DNA from: Eledone cirrhosa
Lineage: Eukaryota
Direction of reading: 5' to 3'
Length of the DNA stretch: 64,000 nucleotides
Assembly: GCA_964016885.1 (NCBI GenBank)
Contig: OZ024744.1
Span: 117,428,001-117,492,000 of the forward strand
In this document: positions 63,354 to 64,000 of the stretch, one piece after another
Numbering within the stretch: position 1 is the stretch's first letter
Layout: each line of letters opens with the position of its first letter
The notes under the pieces: generated by a model
The model's database searches: none
What the model was told of the DNA's origin: nothing
Seen by the model: the letters and a program-made list of their open reading frames with translations, nothing else
Translations under genes and position numbers: made by a program

Positions 63354-64000
63354 TAGAGAGGGTGGTTAAGGAACCTGGCAAGGATGGGGCCATGATCAAC
63401 TTGGATCAATCCAAAGCATTCGATAGGGTCGACCATCGGTACCTGGCGGCGGTCCTCGGGGCAGCCGGTTTCGAGCCCGTTTTCAGGGGTTGGCTCGCAG
63501 CAATGTACAGCGACATCTGCTCAGTTGTGTGGGTGAACGGTCACCTGTCGCAGCCGTTCAGCATCATGCGCTCAGTCCGCCAGGGTTGTCCCCTCTCGTC
63601 CCTCTTGTACGTATTGGCTCTCGAGCCGTTACTGCACAAACTGGGGGCGATGAGGGGCGTCCCACGCGAACTAGGATGCGGGAAATCCGAGTCGGCTTAC
63701 GCCGACGACGTCACCGTAGTGGTGTCGAGCACCAGGCACGTCCAGATGCTCGGCACCGCTCTCAAGGAATACGAAGCGGTGACAGGAGCAAAGATAAACC
63801 AGGAAAAGTCGGTGGGCTTGCAGCTCGGCACCTGGAGAGGCAAGTCCATGCCGTCCGACAGCGTCGTGGGGTGTTGGACGGACGGACCGGTTAAATTGCT
63901 TGGGGTCTGGTTCGGAGAAAAACTGGAACGAGGTGACGAGCAGGGTGGCCTCCCTCACCCAGAAATGGGCTGAGAGGAAGCTGTCCCTGAAAGGCCGGAC
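63354..64000 (+). mobile_element. Tx1-clade LINE, 5'-truncated RT fragment of a second subfamily, runs off the window
   Basis: INLDQSKAFDRVDHRYL, RQGCPLS, AYADD; similar to but clearly diverged from copies 1-3. Confidence 0.88.

Overview
AT-rich, repeat-dense animal DNA. The SINE families and (TA)n tracts suggest a cephalopod such as octopus (inference). The host gene is the 3' end of a Shroom-family gene: three + strand ASD2-domain exons at 1538-1639, 33364-33537 and 38445-38711, not called as such in the ORF track. Its ~31.7 kb intron holds three Tx1-clade LINE copies, all joined at the same position of a 60/72-bp satellite. The window also has a CRE-like retrotransposon, CR1/RTE/pogo fragments, SINEs, MITEs, several satellites and a minimal hammerhead ribozyme. 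The main find is downstream of the gene (47311-57419). A minus-strand Gypsy-type LTR element has its gag-pol interior replaced by an open ORF resembling the N-terminal ~235 aa of a rhabdovirus nucleoprotein. That ORF lies antisense to the LTR element and is tandemly amplified five times with a 1796-bp period, i.e. an LTR-captured non-retroviral endogenous viral element array. A second, + strand Gypsy element (57420-62987) interrupts its 5' LTR, and the whole block is flanked by a SINE-derived 100-bp satellite. All family assignments come from motif recognition by eye; no searches were run.
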